Part shown: positions 37,350 to 50,320 of the stretch, piece by piece
How the letters are laid out: the number at the start of each line of letters is the position of its first letter
Position numbering within the stretch: position 1 is the first letter of the stretch
DNA from: Octopus bimaculoides
Taxonomy: Eukaryota
Length of the DNA: 64,000 nt
Assembly (NCBI RefSeq): GCF_001194135.2
Contig: NC_068982.1
Location: 11,720,430-11,784,429 of the forward strand
Direction of reading: 5' to 3'
The notes under the pieces: generated by a model
What the model was told of the DNA's origin: nothing
The model's input: only the letters and a program-made list of their open reading frames with translations
Database searches by the model: none
Position numbers and translations under genes: made by a program

Positions 37350-37617
37350 CCAAGAGATATGTAAAAAGCACTTGTGCTAGTGTCACAGTAAAAGCACTTG
37401 TGCTGGTGCTACATATAAAGCATTGGTGCTGGTGCCTCATAAAAAGCATCCTGGTACACCCTGTAAAGTGGCTGATGTTAGGAAGAGCATCCAACTGTAG
37501 AAACCATGCCAAATCAAACAAAATGGAGCCAAAGCAGCTCTTCAGCTAGCTGGCTCCTGTCAAACTGTCCAACCCATGACAGCATGGGAAACGGATGGTA
37601 AATGATAATGGTGATGG
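37350..37617 (+). mobile_element. RTE 3'UTR retrocopy (family C variant)
   Basis: Short tandem units TAAAAGCACTTGTGCTGGTG, then GATGTTAGGAAGAGCATCCAACTGTAGAAAC and a decayed (GAT)n tail. Confidence 0.75.
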
Positions 37618-40600
37618 ATAACTATCTTACTATGCTGCTATGTAGTTGGTACAAATGAAGTAGCATTAAAAGGGTGTAAATCATTTTTCGGATATTGTGT
37701 AGCTTTATAGAGAATGCATTTGACCATTTAAATGGCTGTTGAGTCAATGGAACTATTTAATATAGCTGTAGGAACAGTTACTCTCACAATCCATTATTTA
37801 TGTCCAGTCCTTCATTTCACATTAAGGAGTTGCATTTGAAATATGTAAGAGGATGTGTATACCTTAGAATAATAGTTCTCAAGCTTTTAGTATCAATGTA
37901 CCACTTCCTCATGTCTGGCAGTTTTGGCATTTTCTGTGTAGAGAATACAGCGAAAATGGTTGGATACTGTAGAAAAGATGATGAACATGGTTTGCTGTTT
38001 AATTGAATGAGTCAATTTCCTACCATGGTAGTCTTTTACATTCATCTTTCTAAGGTCAGTTAAATAGTTCTGGAGTTAATATAATCAACTATCCCACCAA
38101 AATTTCTGGGCTTGTGCTTATATAAGAAATAATTTAATGTTACATTTCAGAAAGGTTAAAATTTTTTTGTTCACAATCATAAGTGGATGGGAACCGTAAA
38201 AGACTCTCCACACATTTTCTAGACACAGTTTATATTTTGTTGGCTGTAGTTACTTAAAACATTCTGGTGTTCCTAGTTTGTTTATTCCCACTGTGCTAAG
38301 ATGAGCATGTGTGTCTCATGTATAGCCAATGGCTACCAGGATGAACTCACACAATCATTTGTTATTATCATGAAAGCATTTCATGAATACCTTTTGACAT
38401 AGAAAAGAGCAATGGAAGAGAGAGAGAGAGAGAGAGAAAAGCTCTAAGTCATAAGTGACTGACATATGTTAGGTGCTGTATCATAGTAACAATCTAATTA
38501 TTACAGGCACCTGCTCCTTCATTATAAGAAAAGTCATTGTAATAAGAATCTGGGTTGAGTGTTTTTATCTGATCATATCTTTTGGTCAGTAGTATATTGC
38601 GGTGAAGTTTTAAAATATTCTGTTTTTTCAAATACAGTAAAAAGCTATTTTCAAATCATATTATGAGAAACATAAATAAGTATACGAAATTCTAAATGTT
38701 ATTCTTGGCTTACTTTAGTGAGATAGTGTAAATTTCGAAGCTTACATCATGTTATAAAAGATTTGCGTTTTAAACTATTTTTATAGAATTTTTTTATTTT
38801 TATTTTTTTTTTTATCAGTGACAACTACATTTATATGATATTCTAAAATTTTCAATATCTGACAATCTACCTTGCCCAGATCATAGAAAAATATATTTGT
38901 TGCAAAGGCTTATGACCAAAAATGGTTTGAAAAATACTGATTTATCAGATATTGCTTTTACAATGGTACTAGACTATCACTATGTGGAAGAAGAACATTA
39001 TACAAAGTGTCAATAACTTCTATAGCTGAATATTCGGTATTAGTACTTGGAACAACTCAATACAAAATATCAATACATTCCATCAATTGTTTGGATTTTT
39101 ATTTACTGTTTATCATAAGTTTTCCTTTTAGCTCCATGGCATTTTGATCTGATCAATACATGTTACTGTGCTGTTTAAGGACCCATATTTGAATAAATCA
39201 CATTCCCCAAGCTTTTTAAATTTTTTATTTTTATTTATGAACAAAAGTTTGATATTTCAGATATTCAGAAGCTTATTTTTACATAAATTTTAAATCTTTC
39301 GAAATATATTTGGAGTTTAGAAAAGAAAATGTTATAAAAACAATCTCTTCGAAATTTGTACAGCTATATTCAAATAATTGAATAATTTTTATATCGAACC
39401 TCTTATTTATCATATATTGTGTGCTCAGATGTTCTAGGAAAAAACAGTGTGTATGTGTGTGTGTGTGTGGGGGGGAGTCTGAAGGGAAAGACAAAGAGGG
39501 AATGTGAGAGGTAGCTAGGAATAGGGATTGAAAAAGTAGCTGGAGAAAAACAGGAGTGACAATGGAATATACACTGTTATGAAGAGAGCAAAAAAGAGAA
39601 AAGATAGTTTCTACTACTGAGAAAGAGAGAGAGAGAGAAGAAGAAAGTCAACTAAATACATTGTATATCATGTAACTAAATGAAAAGTGTAGATATCATT
39701 TCTCTACTACAAACAAGCAGGAGAGACAAATGTTATTTAGTTTGTCTGTGATGTTTTGGTGCATTAATTGTAATTTAACTTTGATATTCCTTATATATTA
39801 AGCAAATTTTTTAGAAATATCAAAAAAGGGGTATAGTTTTAGTTCATAGTTGATAGGGCATGCAATGATACCCGGGCTCAAATTATATGTATATATGATA
39901 TACAAGGCAACCAGCTTTATATTGCAATATATTATAAAACATATGGGAATATCATTATGGAATTTCAGAATATCAGTATTTATATTTTATTAGGCTTTTT
40001 TTTATTTATCTTTATATATATATATATATATATATATATGGTGTTTTCTGTGTATAAAAGTAGTGTGTGTGTGTCCCACAATTCTAAGACCCATAATTTT
40101 CTGTATCTGAAAAAATTCATCTCCATTCTTTTTACAGTTTAAAAAAGCTTACAAGGTGAAATGCTCAAAGTAACCGTTTCCATTTTCCAACCAAAATAAA
40201 TAAAATTCTCTATAAAATGTATTGAGTTCATTATTTGGCTGATGCATTATTGCTTTTTTTTTTTTGCTTTTTCTCTACAATACAAAACACAATAATTATT
40301 GTATATCATGTTTCGGTTATATGGGAATGGAAGATGAAAAGAAGCTGGAGTAATCAATTTAATATGGTTTCAAGAAACTGTAGTTAGAAATTGATGGCAG
40401 CACATATCCTGTAGAATTCCAGTGAGAAACATCTGAAATGAGTGTGTTTATTGCTTAGGGCAGATTCTAAGTGAGTATAGATAGGTACGACGGTGCTTGT
40501 ATGAGGATGTGCTATTGATGGGAGAAGACAACATGGCAATTAGGTAAGACTAATGTCTATGGTTAAGTGACAGTTTGACAGTCTGGTGTTTTCCACTTTC

Positions 40601-41009
40601 AGGATGCTAATACTTTGGTCTTTTGTCAATCATTGCACAATCCCATCAATAGGACAAGTATTCTGTAATGGAGTGTATTTCTATGTTTTAAATTGTATAT
40701 AACTACTCTAGGATTAAATTTGTTCTATACATTCCTCCTGCTGTTGGTGAATACTGAGTTCTGTGTCAACTGTCAATTATCTGGAGTGAAAACTATATTG
40801 ACTATAAGACAGGAGCTTTCTGAAGGTTGTGGGAAATGGCATAGATATCTACAGAGCTTTTTTTTCTTTCTTTTTTTCTTTTTTTTCGGAAGTCACTCCC
40901 AACAGTATGGCATATAAACAGCCAATGAAGAGGCCTCAAGCAACTGCTTGTTTTGTTAAGAGATGCAAAGGAAAAGCAAAGCAATGTCTAATGAGAAACT
41001 GCCATAAAA

Positions 41010-41500
41010 TGAGGAAATGATCAACACAAGATTTCAAAGAATTAAGGTTGTATCTCTCATGGAAACATGAAGGAAGAGAATTTCATAAGACACATGTTCA
41101 AGGAAAGAAAGTGACTTGAGTAGAGACTTTTTACAAGAGGGTCAACAACAATAAATGAATGAGGATTTATAGAAAGATAAGGCATTTGATTAGCAACTTT
41201 GAGAGAAGGAACGAGGGAAGAAAGTTCAGCAGAACAATGATCATGAAAGAAGCAATATCTTGGCATTCAGAGAAGGGTTCAAGTTTACTTGCCAAAACAG
41301 GAGCAGCAATGTTAAGAACTTAAGAGATAAACCCCAGTAGTTGTTTCAACTTCAATATTCACTCTTTTACCTCCATAGAATGCCGGCATTCTTTCTATAA
41401 GCTGAAAATAGGGTATATGATTCAACATTGCTGGAGAAGAGTGAATTTCTTTTAGTACTGTAGAAAGTAACTTCATGTTTTGTAGATATCCTTTGATCCC
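41010..41500 (-). mobile_element. decayed Jockey/CR1-group LINE ORF2 C-terminal remnant
   Basis: RYCFFHDHCSAELSSLVPS (cf. YRY..G.CS.EL.SL.P), preceded by FQLIER and followed by FP.RYNL-like residues. Confidence 0.5.
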
Positions 41501-41617
41501 AAAGGGGAGAGTGAAGTTGGTGTGTGTATATATATATATGTATATATATATCCAGCTGCCATGATTGTGCGTGAGCTCCAAAAGCTTTTTTATTCTCTCT
41601 GTTTATTTCCTCGTGTT

Positions 41618-41654
41618 CCTTTCTGTTGAAGAGTGTAGGTTCGAAATGTAAAAG
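41618..41654 (+). ncRNA. decayed minimal hammerhead-like motif
   Basis: CCTTT-CTGTTGA-A-GAGT-gtag-GTTC-GAAA-T-GTA-AAAG. The core carries A6U, and the stems are restored by C/T reversions. Confidence 0.35.
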
Positions 41655-42229
41655 ACTTTCTCACCTTCCCGAGCATTAAACTAATACACCTGTTTGTTGT
41701 TTATATACCTGTCTTTGTCTTTTGTTTTCCTGTAAATTCCAAATATATATATGTATATATGTAGGTATATATTTTAAATGATTGATATGGAAGATAGAGT
41801 GTAACTAGAAGTTTTATTAGCACAACAATTGTTTCGGCTTTATTCTGCACTGCTCCCTAGTGGGTGTGGGATGATGTAATTACATCAGATGTAACACACA
41901 GTGCAGTAAACCTCGTCAAGTGACATAACATGCTTCAAAAGTTACCAGGTTTACATTTCATTTTCACTCCAAGTTATCTGCTGGTGGTGAGTTGCTAGCA
42001 GTTCAGACACATTTGGTTAAGAGGAGGAAGATGTGGTCAGGAAGAAAACAAAAAAATAAACACAGAAATTTTAATGTAAATAGGGATGGGGGTGGGGGTG
42101 TTTATAGTTATGGTCAAGAAGTCATTGCTAAAGAGTAAAAAATAAAAATACAAAGAATCTAATGTAAATGGAGGGTGTGAGTGTGGAGGGAGGTGTTTAT
42201 GGCATTAGATTGAAAAGGCTTCAGTGTAT

Positions 42230-42630
42230 GTTGGCCTTTGTGTGGTAAGAGGCTTGCTTCCCAACCACATGGTTTCAGGTTCAGTCCCACTGTGTGGCAC
42301 CTTGGGCAAGTGTCGTTTACTATAGCCTCAGGCCGACGAAAGCCTTGTGAGTGGACTTGGTAAATGGAAACTGAAAGAAGCCCATTGTATATATGTATAT
42401 ATTTGTGTGTCTGTGTTTGTCTCTCTACCATCGCTTGACAACCGATGTTGGTGTGTTTACATCCCCGTAACTTAGTGGTTTGGCAAATGAGACTGATGGA
42501 ATAAGTACTAGGCTTACAAATGACTGAAGCAGATAAAAGAATGTATACATATATTCTTTTGTTCAGCTAAAGGCGGTGCTCCAGTATGGCCACAGTCACA
42601 ATGACTGGAACAAGTAAAACAAATAAAAGA
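42230..42630 (+). mobile_element. SINE family A
   Basis: Head, centre and tail motifs. Confidence 0.85.
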
Positions 42631-44354
42631 ACACATTTTTTAAGATAGAACTGTGAGTTTGGTAGCATTAGGTGAAAATGAGAGATGCACAGACTTCTAT
42701 TCTGATATCAGAAATGCATTAGGGCAGTTATTAGTGGTTTAAAAAATTCTCATCTCTTGATTGGAAAATTTGAAGAAGAGTCACTTGCTAAAAATTAGTG
42801 ACCTTTCAAGAAAATATGGTTTTTCGATAAAATAGAAAGGAAATAATGGTAAATGGTTTGCATATGATTCCGGTTAGAATTAGTTGACAAGTGAGGATTG
42901 ATTATTTTGAGGAATAAAATTAAGTGATGTAATTGCTAGAAAAAGCAACCAATCCAGGTGATTAATTTATGTCAGTAATTATAGGAAAAACATGTTTGAC
43001 TTGGAAAAACTGACATTATATTTTATTGAACACTTTTCACTATACAAATTTTCTTCTATCACAGGTCTTTTTTTTGGTTTTTTTTTTATCAAAAATTTTT
43101 ATTTGCTAGGGATCATGAATCTGTGAAACAGAAGAGAGGGTTACCAGAAGATTCTTAATTTCTCGGTTTCAAAATTGCAGAATCTCCATTAGTCTGCACT
43201 AGCAAATTAACCTTGTCTTCACTGCTTGCTGTCTACTGTTGTTGATTCATTTCATAATGTCAAAACATTCTATTGAATCAACTGATTACTGAAGTTTGGG
43301 CTGTCAGTGAATTTGAGAGAAAAAAAAATGATGTGACCAATGAAACCATTTAACCAATAAAATGTTTAATACATCAATGTGTCTTTCAAACTGAGACTTT
43401 CATGAATATACCTTAGAATTATCTTAGTTTCTCAGAAGTTCATATCGTTACTATGAAGTTTCAGCGTTTTTATTTTATTTAAAAAATTTTCTAATACTTT
43501 ACAGCTAGTTTAATAGATTTTAATTAAACTAAAAGGCTTGTTAATATACTTTTGTGAAGAATTATCTCTAAATATACTTTATTCAGAAATGTAGAGGAGA
43601 AAACTACCTTATATCTTAATTAAATATTTTTCATTATTTGTTCAACAATAGCTGGGAATTGTATGCTGCTGACAGAGAATGAAATTTGGATATTATCATC
43701 TTTATTGTTGATGGGCATCAGTAACTAACATTGATAGTAAATGAAAACCTTCAACTTTTGTAAATAATAATAAAAAAAAACTCACTTATTTTTTGTCAAT
43801 AATGGAAAGTAATTTGGTTTAGCTTCAAAATACACAGAGTAGCATAGAAAACCATGAAACAATAGAATAACAGTAAAGGAGAAATATTTTAGAAAATTAC
43901 TTTTTTCGCCTGCCAGCCATTATATTCTTCAAGTCTGAAAGACCAAAAGATCACAAGGTTCATTGCATTATACAGGCCAGAAAAAATATCATGAAGTATG
44001 AAATAAATAAAAACCCATTAATAATGATAAACTTTTTAGAATATTTGATATCTTAGTATGCTTTGAAATTCTCACCATTATTGATTAATAAACTGAGAAA
44101 AAGTCAATTTGAATCTTGCTAAGCTAAAAAAAAAAAAGAAAAAAGGGAAAAAAAATCAATCTTACAAGAGGCATTATTTTATCTGTCTAAATATATTTAA
44201 ATGTTGGCAGCAATATCATGTTTTGATTTTACTCTCAGCTTGCCACAGAGTCAAGTGTTACCAACAGAATTGAAACTAATTCAATCTTAAGCAGTTTTTA
44301 ATACTGACCACTAGCAATTACAGGAATGATTTCCATATGCATTTATATGTTTTG

Positions 44355-44741
44355 TCTTTTATATTTTACTTGTGTCAGTCATTAAACTGTGGCCATGCGG
44401 AGGCAATGCCCTGAAGAATTTTTTTGTTGAATGAATCACCTCCAATGATTATTGCTTTTAAGCCTGGTATTTATTCTATCTGTCTCTTGTCAAACCACTA
44501 AGTTATGGGGATGTAAACAAACCAACACCAGTTGTCAAATGGTGATGGAGACAAACACACACACACACACACATATACAACAAGCTTCTTTCAGTTTCTA
44601 TCCACCAACTCCACTCACAAGGCTTTGGTCAGCCTGAGGCTATAGTAGAAGACACTTGCCCAAGGTGCTATGCAGTGGTACTGAACCTGGAACCATGTAG
44701 TTGGTAAGCAAGCTACTAACCACACAACCACTTCTGTGCCT
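44355..44741 (-). mobile_element. SINE family A
   Basis: Head, (CA)n and tail motifs. Confidence 0.85.
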
Positions 44742-45264
44742 ATGTATTTATACATACGCACATACACACGATACAGCCTAAATTTGTGGTGGTGCAAACT
44801 TTAGCTGGATGGAAGTGACATGCTGGTAGAGAAAGTTTGGCAGAGCCGTAGAAAATAAAAGACAAACCTGAAAAGATTGAGAGGAAGTTGGGAATAAAGA
44901 AAATGATCCGATAGCTAAAGGTGAAATGTAGTTAAGGAGAGAGGCAGAAAGTATGAAGATGGTACGTGTTCTGTAGTCTACATCTCAGAGCTTCTTTGTT
45001 CAAGGTACTTTGTATGAGGTACTTTGAATTGCATCATAGTGTATCAGAGATAAGATATCACTGGGGCAAAATGGTACATTTGCCTTCACTGATATTGTAA
45101 AGAAAAAAGGGAGATTCCCAATTAATTTTTGTTTAAGAGAACAATAGGATGTTTTCATATCACTGTCTCTACATCCAAAATGTCTCCAAATAGATTACTT
45201 CATAGTTATCCATCCATCCATCCACCTACCTGCCTATCAGTCTGTCTGTCCGTCTGTCTAGTTA

Positions 45265-45485
45265 TAAATCGTAGTTTCTAATTCTAGACAGAAGACCTGC
45301 AATTTTAAGGGGAGGGCGTTGATTAAACTGACCCAGTGTTTGACTGGTACCCTATTATAATTGACCCTGAAAGGATGAAAGGCACAATTTGAACTTAGAA
45401 TGTAAAGAGCTGGAACAAGTATTATTGCACAGCATCTTTTAAGGAATTTTTCGACTCAATAACAATCCCGTCATCTCACTGCCTT
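45265..45485 (-). mobile_element. SINE family B
   Basis: CTGGTACCCTATTATAATTGACCCTGAAAGGATGAAAGGC is the reverse complement of the family B core. Confidence 0.7.
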
Positions 45486-47577
45486 TATATTATTTGTAAT
45501 GAGAAAAATGTTTCCAACAGTCCATTGCTAGAAGTACTGGAAGAATTGAACACAGACCTAAAAACCACCCAGCTGCTTTTATCAGTAAATTACACCACTT
45601 GCTGTTCTTATTTAGAGCTAAAAGACTCTCCCATTATGAGTGAGGTAATTTGCCTTCGCTATGGATGCAATACTGTACCAGCAACAACTCATAAATCGTT
45701 GGCATCATAGCTGGTTGCCTGTTAGATTATTTACTCAACCATTGATGCTGTTTCTCTGTCACTTTTTCCCTTCTTTCCCTCTCTTTCTCCCCCTTTACCT
45801 TCTTATGCATTCTGATTANNNNNNNNNNNNNNNNNNNNNNNNNNNNNNNNNNNNNNNNNNNNNNNNNNNNNNNNNNNNNNNNNNNNNNNNNNNNNNNNNN
45901 NNNNNNNNNNNNNNNNNNNNNNNNNNNNNNNNNATATATATATATATATATATAGATAAATAGGTAGATAGAAAGAGGCAGAGAGATAGATAGACACACA
46001 CGTGTGTGTGCTCTTTCTTTTCTGCCCCTCTCTCTCTCTCTCTCTCATACATACACACTTTCTCTTATATTTCTATATTTCTAAACTCATCTGTAAATAA
46101 AACAACCTTAAAAATTGTTAATAAAACAATAATATTATCATATTTGTCAGGAGTAGTTAATTGTTATTTTTAAAACACAGGTAAATGTTAGCTTCATAAT
46201 CATATATTAAATATTATTTAGATGTTTAATTGTGAGGATTTTTGTGTTTGGCTAAACTTGAATGCATTTCTTCTATATCTATGCATCAATTTTATTCAGG
46301 TATCTTTTAATATGTGTATACAAGCATGTTTATGGTTAGATATTTATGTGTACATATGCTCATGCATTAATATTATTCTTATAAGAGAAGAGCCATTTCC
46401 TCTCATATATGACTATCTATATATGAATGTCAGTTCCATTTGAATTCCATAGCTGTAAAATTGGCTCATAAATTTTTATATTATGCATTAAATTTCTGAC
46501 ATAACTCAAAGCTGGAAAGATTTGTATATAATATCTGAAATGATAGATCAGTAGTATTGTATATTGATTTGTTGGGCCTGAATGGAAAAATAAATATTTG
46601 GAAATTCAAGCAATAATAAAAAGAGTGTTACGAATAGAAATCTTGTTCTTGTGCCATTTTATTATGCCCTTAAAAATAATTCAATAGATGAAATTATTTC
46701 CCGTATGGTTTCATATCATTCAAATTTTATTCTCCAATACTCTCTAATTATAAGTTAGTTTATCCGAAATTAAAAAATAAAATAAAAGAAAAGAAAGAGA
46801 AAGAAAAATTTTAAAACCCAATAAATTGTTAGAAATTGTATGAAAATTTTCCAGGGAAATATGAGTAGAAACTGAATCACCCATGGAAGATTTATAGGAT
46901 TCGTGCTTGATGTATTATTCAAAGATTATTTAATTTTTATATATTTATTATTAAATGCCCTGTAGAGATGTGTTAAGAAGTGTAAGCTTTTAGAATCGAA
47001 TTAAAACTTTCAACCCTATTAACAATAAAGATTATATTTGTTTTATGATAATTAGAAAATTTGTAAATTCATTAAATGTGTAAATTCATTAAACAGAGAA
47101 AAAAGGAATATTATCAAAAGAATAAGCAGAAAATAAAAAGATTTTTATTAATTTATATATTTGTAACTCAATACTTAAATCTGACAACTTGTTTAAATAA
47201 TGTGTGAGAAAGATTTAAGTTCATTGTTCAAAACAAAATATGGGAATCTGCCTCGCCCCCACTCCATCGTCATCATCATCATCATCATCTTCACAACCAC
47301 CACCACTATCGTCATCGCCATCACCATTCTCATCATCACCTATTTTCTCATTAACAATCACAGGTCCCACATTCCATAGCTTGTTTCATACCAGTAATTC
47401 TCAACCATTCTTTTCGTCTTTGGACCCCTTTTGTTTATTATTGTATTCTAGTGGATCACCCATAGCCATTCGATGTTTGAAAACTAGTTTTGTAGGAACT
47501 TCTTCCAAAATTCCTATTTTGTTTTCCACAGTCACTTCTGTACATTGAAACCTAGCAGTTTCATGCAATATATACAC

Positions 47578-48183
47578 CATCATCATCATCATCATCATCA
47601 TTTAACATCCATTATCCATGCTGGCATGGGTTGGATGGTTTGACCAGGGCTGGCCAGCTGGAAGGCTGCACCAGACTCCAATCTGTTTTCGTATGGTTTC
47701 TATGGCTGGATGCCCTTCCTAACATCAACCACTCTGAGAGTGTAATGGGTGCTTTTACGTGCCACCGGCACAGGTGCCAACTTGTGTGACACCAGTATCT
47801 GCCATGACTGCAATCTTGCTTGGCTTGATGGGTCTTCTCAAGCACAATATAATGCCAAAAGGTCTCGGTCATAGCCTCAGTGAGACCCAACACTCGAAAA
47901 GAACTCAGCCACTTTGCCTCTGTGAGGACCAATGCTAGAAAGGAACTCAGTTGGTTTGCCTCCATGAGGCCCGATGCTCAGTAGGAACTCAGCTACTTTG
48001 CCTCCTTGAGGCCCAACACTCGAAAGGAACTCAGCCACTTTGCCTCCATGAGGCCCAACGCTCAAAAAGAACCTAGCCACTTTGCCTTTGTGAGGCCTAA
48101 CGCTCAAAAGGAACTCAGCCACTTTGCCTCTGTGAGGCCCAATGCTCGAAAGGTACTCAACCACTTTGTCTCATTGAGGCCCA
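47578..48183 (-). mobile_element. RTE-derived retrocopy with a 5' 42-bp VNTR
   Basis: (GAT)n tail, 3'UTR motifs, ORF2 end LGLTEAMTETFWHYIVLEKTHQAK, and a tandem array upstream. Confidence 0.85.
47872..48183. repeat. 42-bp minisatellite, about 7.5 copies
   Basis: Unit GAACTCAGCCACTTTGCCTCTGTGAGGCCCAACGCTCGAAAG starts at 47901, 47943, 47985, 48027, 48069, 48111 and 48153. Confidence 0.95.
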
Positions 48184-48279
48184 GCCCTTGCAAAGAACTT
48201 TTAAATGATTAATTCAAAACAAAGTAAAGGGATAAGAATTACATTTGTCAGAGTAATATGAATGCTAATGAGTTAACCT

Positions 48280-48560
48280 TAACCCTTTTCTTATTATATT
48301 TTTGTTTAAATTCTCTGTAGGTTTTAAAATGAATTTTGTTGATGATGATGATTTTCTTAAAGAGGTCTAGAATTCGGCTGTATTTGATAAAATAGTTTAT
48401 TGCAAAGAAGCTGCGATTTCGAATTTGAATTTACAAAATTCTCATACAAAAAATTATACTGAAAGGTTTTAGTTTAATTATGAACATTTTAAAATCAGTG
48501 GTTTTGCATCATAATATTAGAGCTGGTCTCAGCCTGACTGAGATATCAAAAGCTTAATCT
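48280..48560. mobile_element. possible piggyBac-like MITE (other family)
   Basis: TTAA-CCCTTTTCTTAT ... ATCAAAAGC-TTAA; imperfect TIR. Confidence 0.4.
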
Positions 48561-48784
48561 CACTGTCATTGTCATTGTCTAATGCTTTTAATTGCAAAGT
48601 GATGCAAATACACCACATTTATTCACACTCACACAGATATACACAAACAGACACTTCTATCTACTCTTTATTGGGTCAATAAATGAGCCTCTACATGGTT
48701 GTTTGATTTGCAGCCAAATTTCTCACAAATTACACTTGAGTCTGGTGAGAGAGAGAGAAAGATGAATTACATAATGTAGTCTAT

Positions 48785-49172
48785 CTGTCTCCCTGTGCTG
48801 GTGGCATGTAAAAAGCACCATGCGAACATGGTCAATGCCAGTGCCCCTTGACTGGCTCCTGTGCTGGTGGCACATAAAACGCACCATCTGAACATGGTCG
48901 ATGTCAGTGCCCCCTGACTGGCTCACATGTTGGTGGCACATAAAAAGCACCATTCAAGCATGGTCGGTGCCAGTACTGCCTGACTGGCCCTTGTGCCGGT
49001 GGGATGTAAAAAGTGCCCACTATACTCACAGAGTGGTTGGTGTTAGAAAAGGGCATCCAGCTGTAGAAACTTTGCCAGATCAGATTGGAGCCAGTCCTCA
49101 AGTCAAACCGTCCAACCCATGCCAGCATGGAAAGCAGACGTTAAACGATGATGATGATAATGATGATGATGA
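48785..49172 (+). mobile_element. RTE 3'UTR retrocopy (family C) with about 60-bp internal tandem units
   Basis: Repeated GGTGGCACATAAAA(A/C)GCACCAT..CATGGTCGATGCCAGT..TGACTGGC units, then conserved UTR and (GAT)n. Confidence 0.85.
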
Positions 49173-49724
49173 GTCTAGATAAACAGAACCTGAAACCATG
49201 ATGAAGTGACATGGTCGGCAAACCTATGATCATAAATTTGCTCAATGAGAACTGAGCTTCCTTGGGCTAAACAATATCAACTCCCATTCTATGTCTATCA
49301 AGGATCTCTCGTGTCTATTTGGAAGCAGTAATATTGATTTAATGGTTTAATTATTTCATTTGTCCATCCATATGAATAATGACCACTACATCATTCATGG
49401 GTCAGTCCAGAAGTGGCCAACGCATCATTTTCCTTTTTTTCTTTCCCCTATTTGCCAACAAATTCCATCTTCCTCATCTTCCTCCTCTGATCAACTCATC
49501 AGTTCCTGGTTTGTTCGGATGCTGTGACACACTTCTTGTTGAGACTGCATCAAATATCATCTTTCAACAACAAAGGCTGAATCTGTTTGGCTCTGAATTA
49601 TCACTAATATCTTTTACTCCTACATAAAACGCACCAACATTCATGTCGTTAATGTTGTCATCATCAGCATCATTTTTCTGTCTGTTTCCCAATGCCAGAT
49701 TCTGTTAAGGCAATATTCTCTAGT

Positions 49725-49955
49725 CAGGGCAAGCTGGCAGAAATGTTAGCATGCCGGGTGAAATGCCTAGCGGTATTTCGTCTGCTGTTATGTTCTGAGT
49801 TCAAATTCTGCGGAGGTCGACTTTGCTTTTCGTCCTTTTGGGATCGATTAAATAAGTACCAGTTACACACTGGGGTCGATGTAATTGACTTAATCCCTTT
49901 GTCTGTCCTTGTTTGTCCCCTCTATGTTTAGCCCCCTGTGTACAAGAAAGAAATA
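49725..49955 (+). mobile_element. SINE family B
   Basis: Full head, core and tail. Confidence 0.85.
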
Positions 49956-50149
49956 AATATTCTATAGTCAGATACTGTTCCTGATTCAGTCCTTGTTTTC
50001 AAGTAAGGTACTTCATTTCAGTGGTCAACATATGTTGAACCAGTGAGCCAGACATTTAGTTCATAGGAGACAAACATTTGACACTGCTCCCCAAGCAGAT
50101 GTTAATGTGCAAACATATGGAAGCAAACACATGTGCACATGCATGTACA

Positions 50150-50320
50150 CACATACACACATTTAACAGGCTGTTGTACAGTTTGTGTCTACTAAATTTC
50201 ACTTACAAAGCATGTGTCAACACAAGGCTATCGTAGAAGACACTTGCCCATTGAGCCATGAAATGAGATTGAACTCATAACTGTGTACTTGTGAAGCAAA
50301 CTTCATAAACCCCCATGGGC
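50150..50320 (-). mobile_element. SINE family A, decayed 5' part
   Basis: GCTATCGTAGAAGACACTTGCCCA..GATTGAACTC. Confidence 0.65.

Noticed and set aside
47877-48164. 95-aa ORF with a 14-aa repeat (GKVAEFLSSVGPH)
   Set aside because: It is an alternative frame of the 42-bp VNTR. The homologous frame is the RTE ORF2 end, and no promoter or splice context supports a host gene.
47872-48183. CRISPR-like regular array
   Set aside because: Units are contiguous with no unique spacers, the context is eukaryotic, and there are no cas genes.
49380-49690. Acidic low-complexity stretch resembling a piggyBac transposase N-terminus
   Set aside because: No TIR/TTAA boundary or catalytic motifs, and multiple stops.
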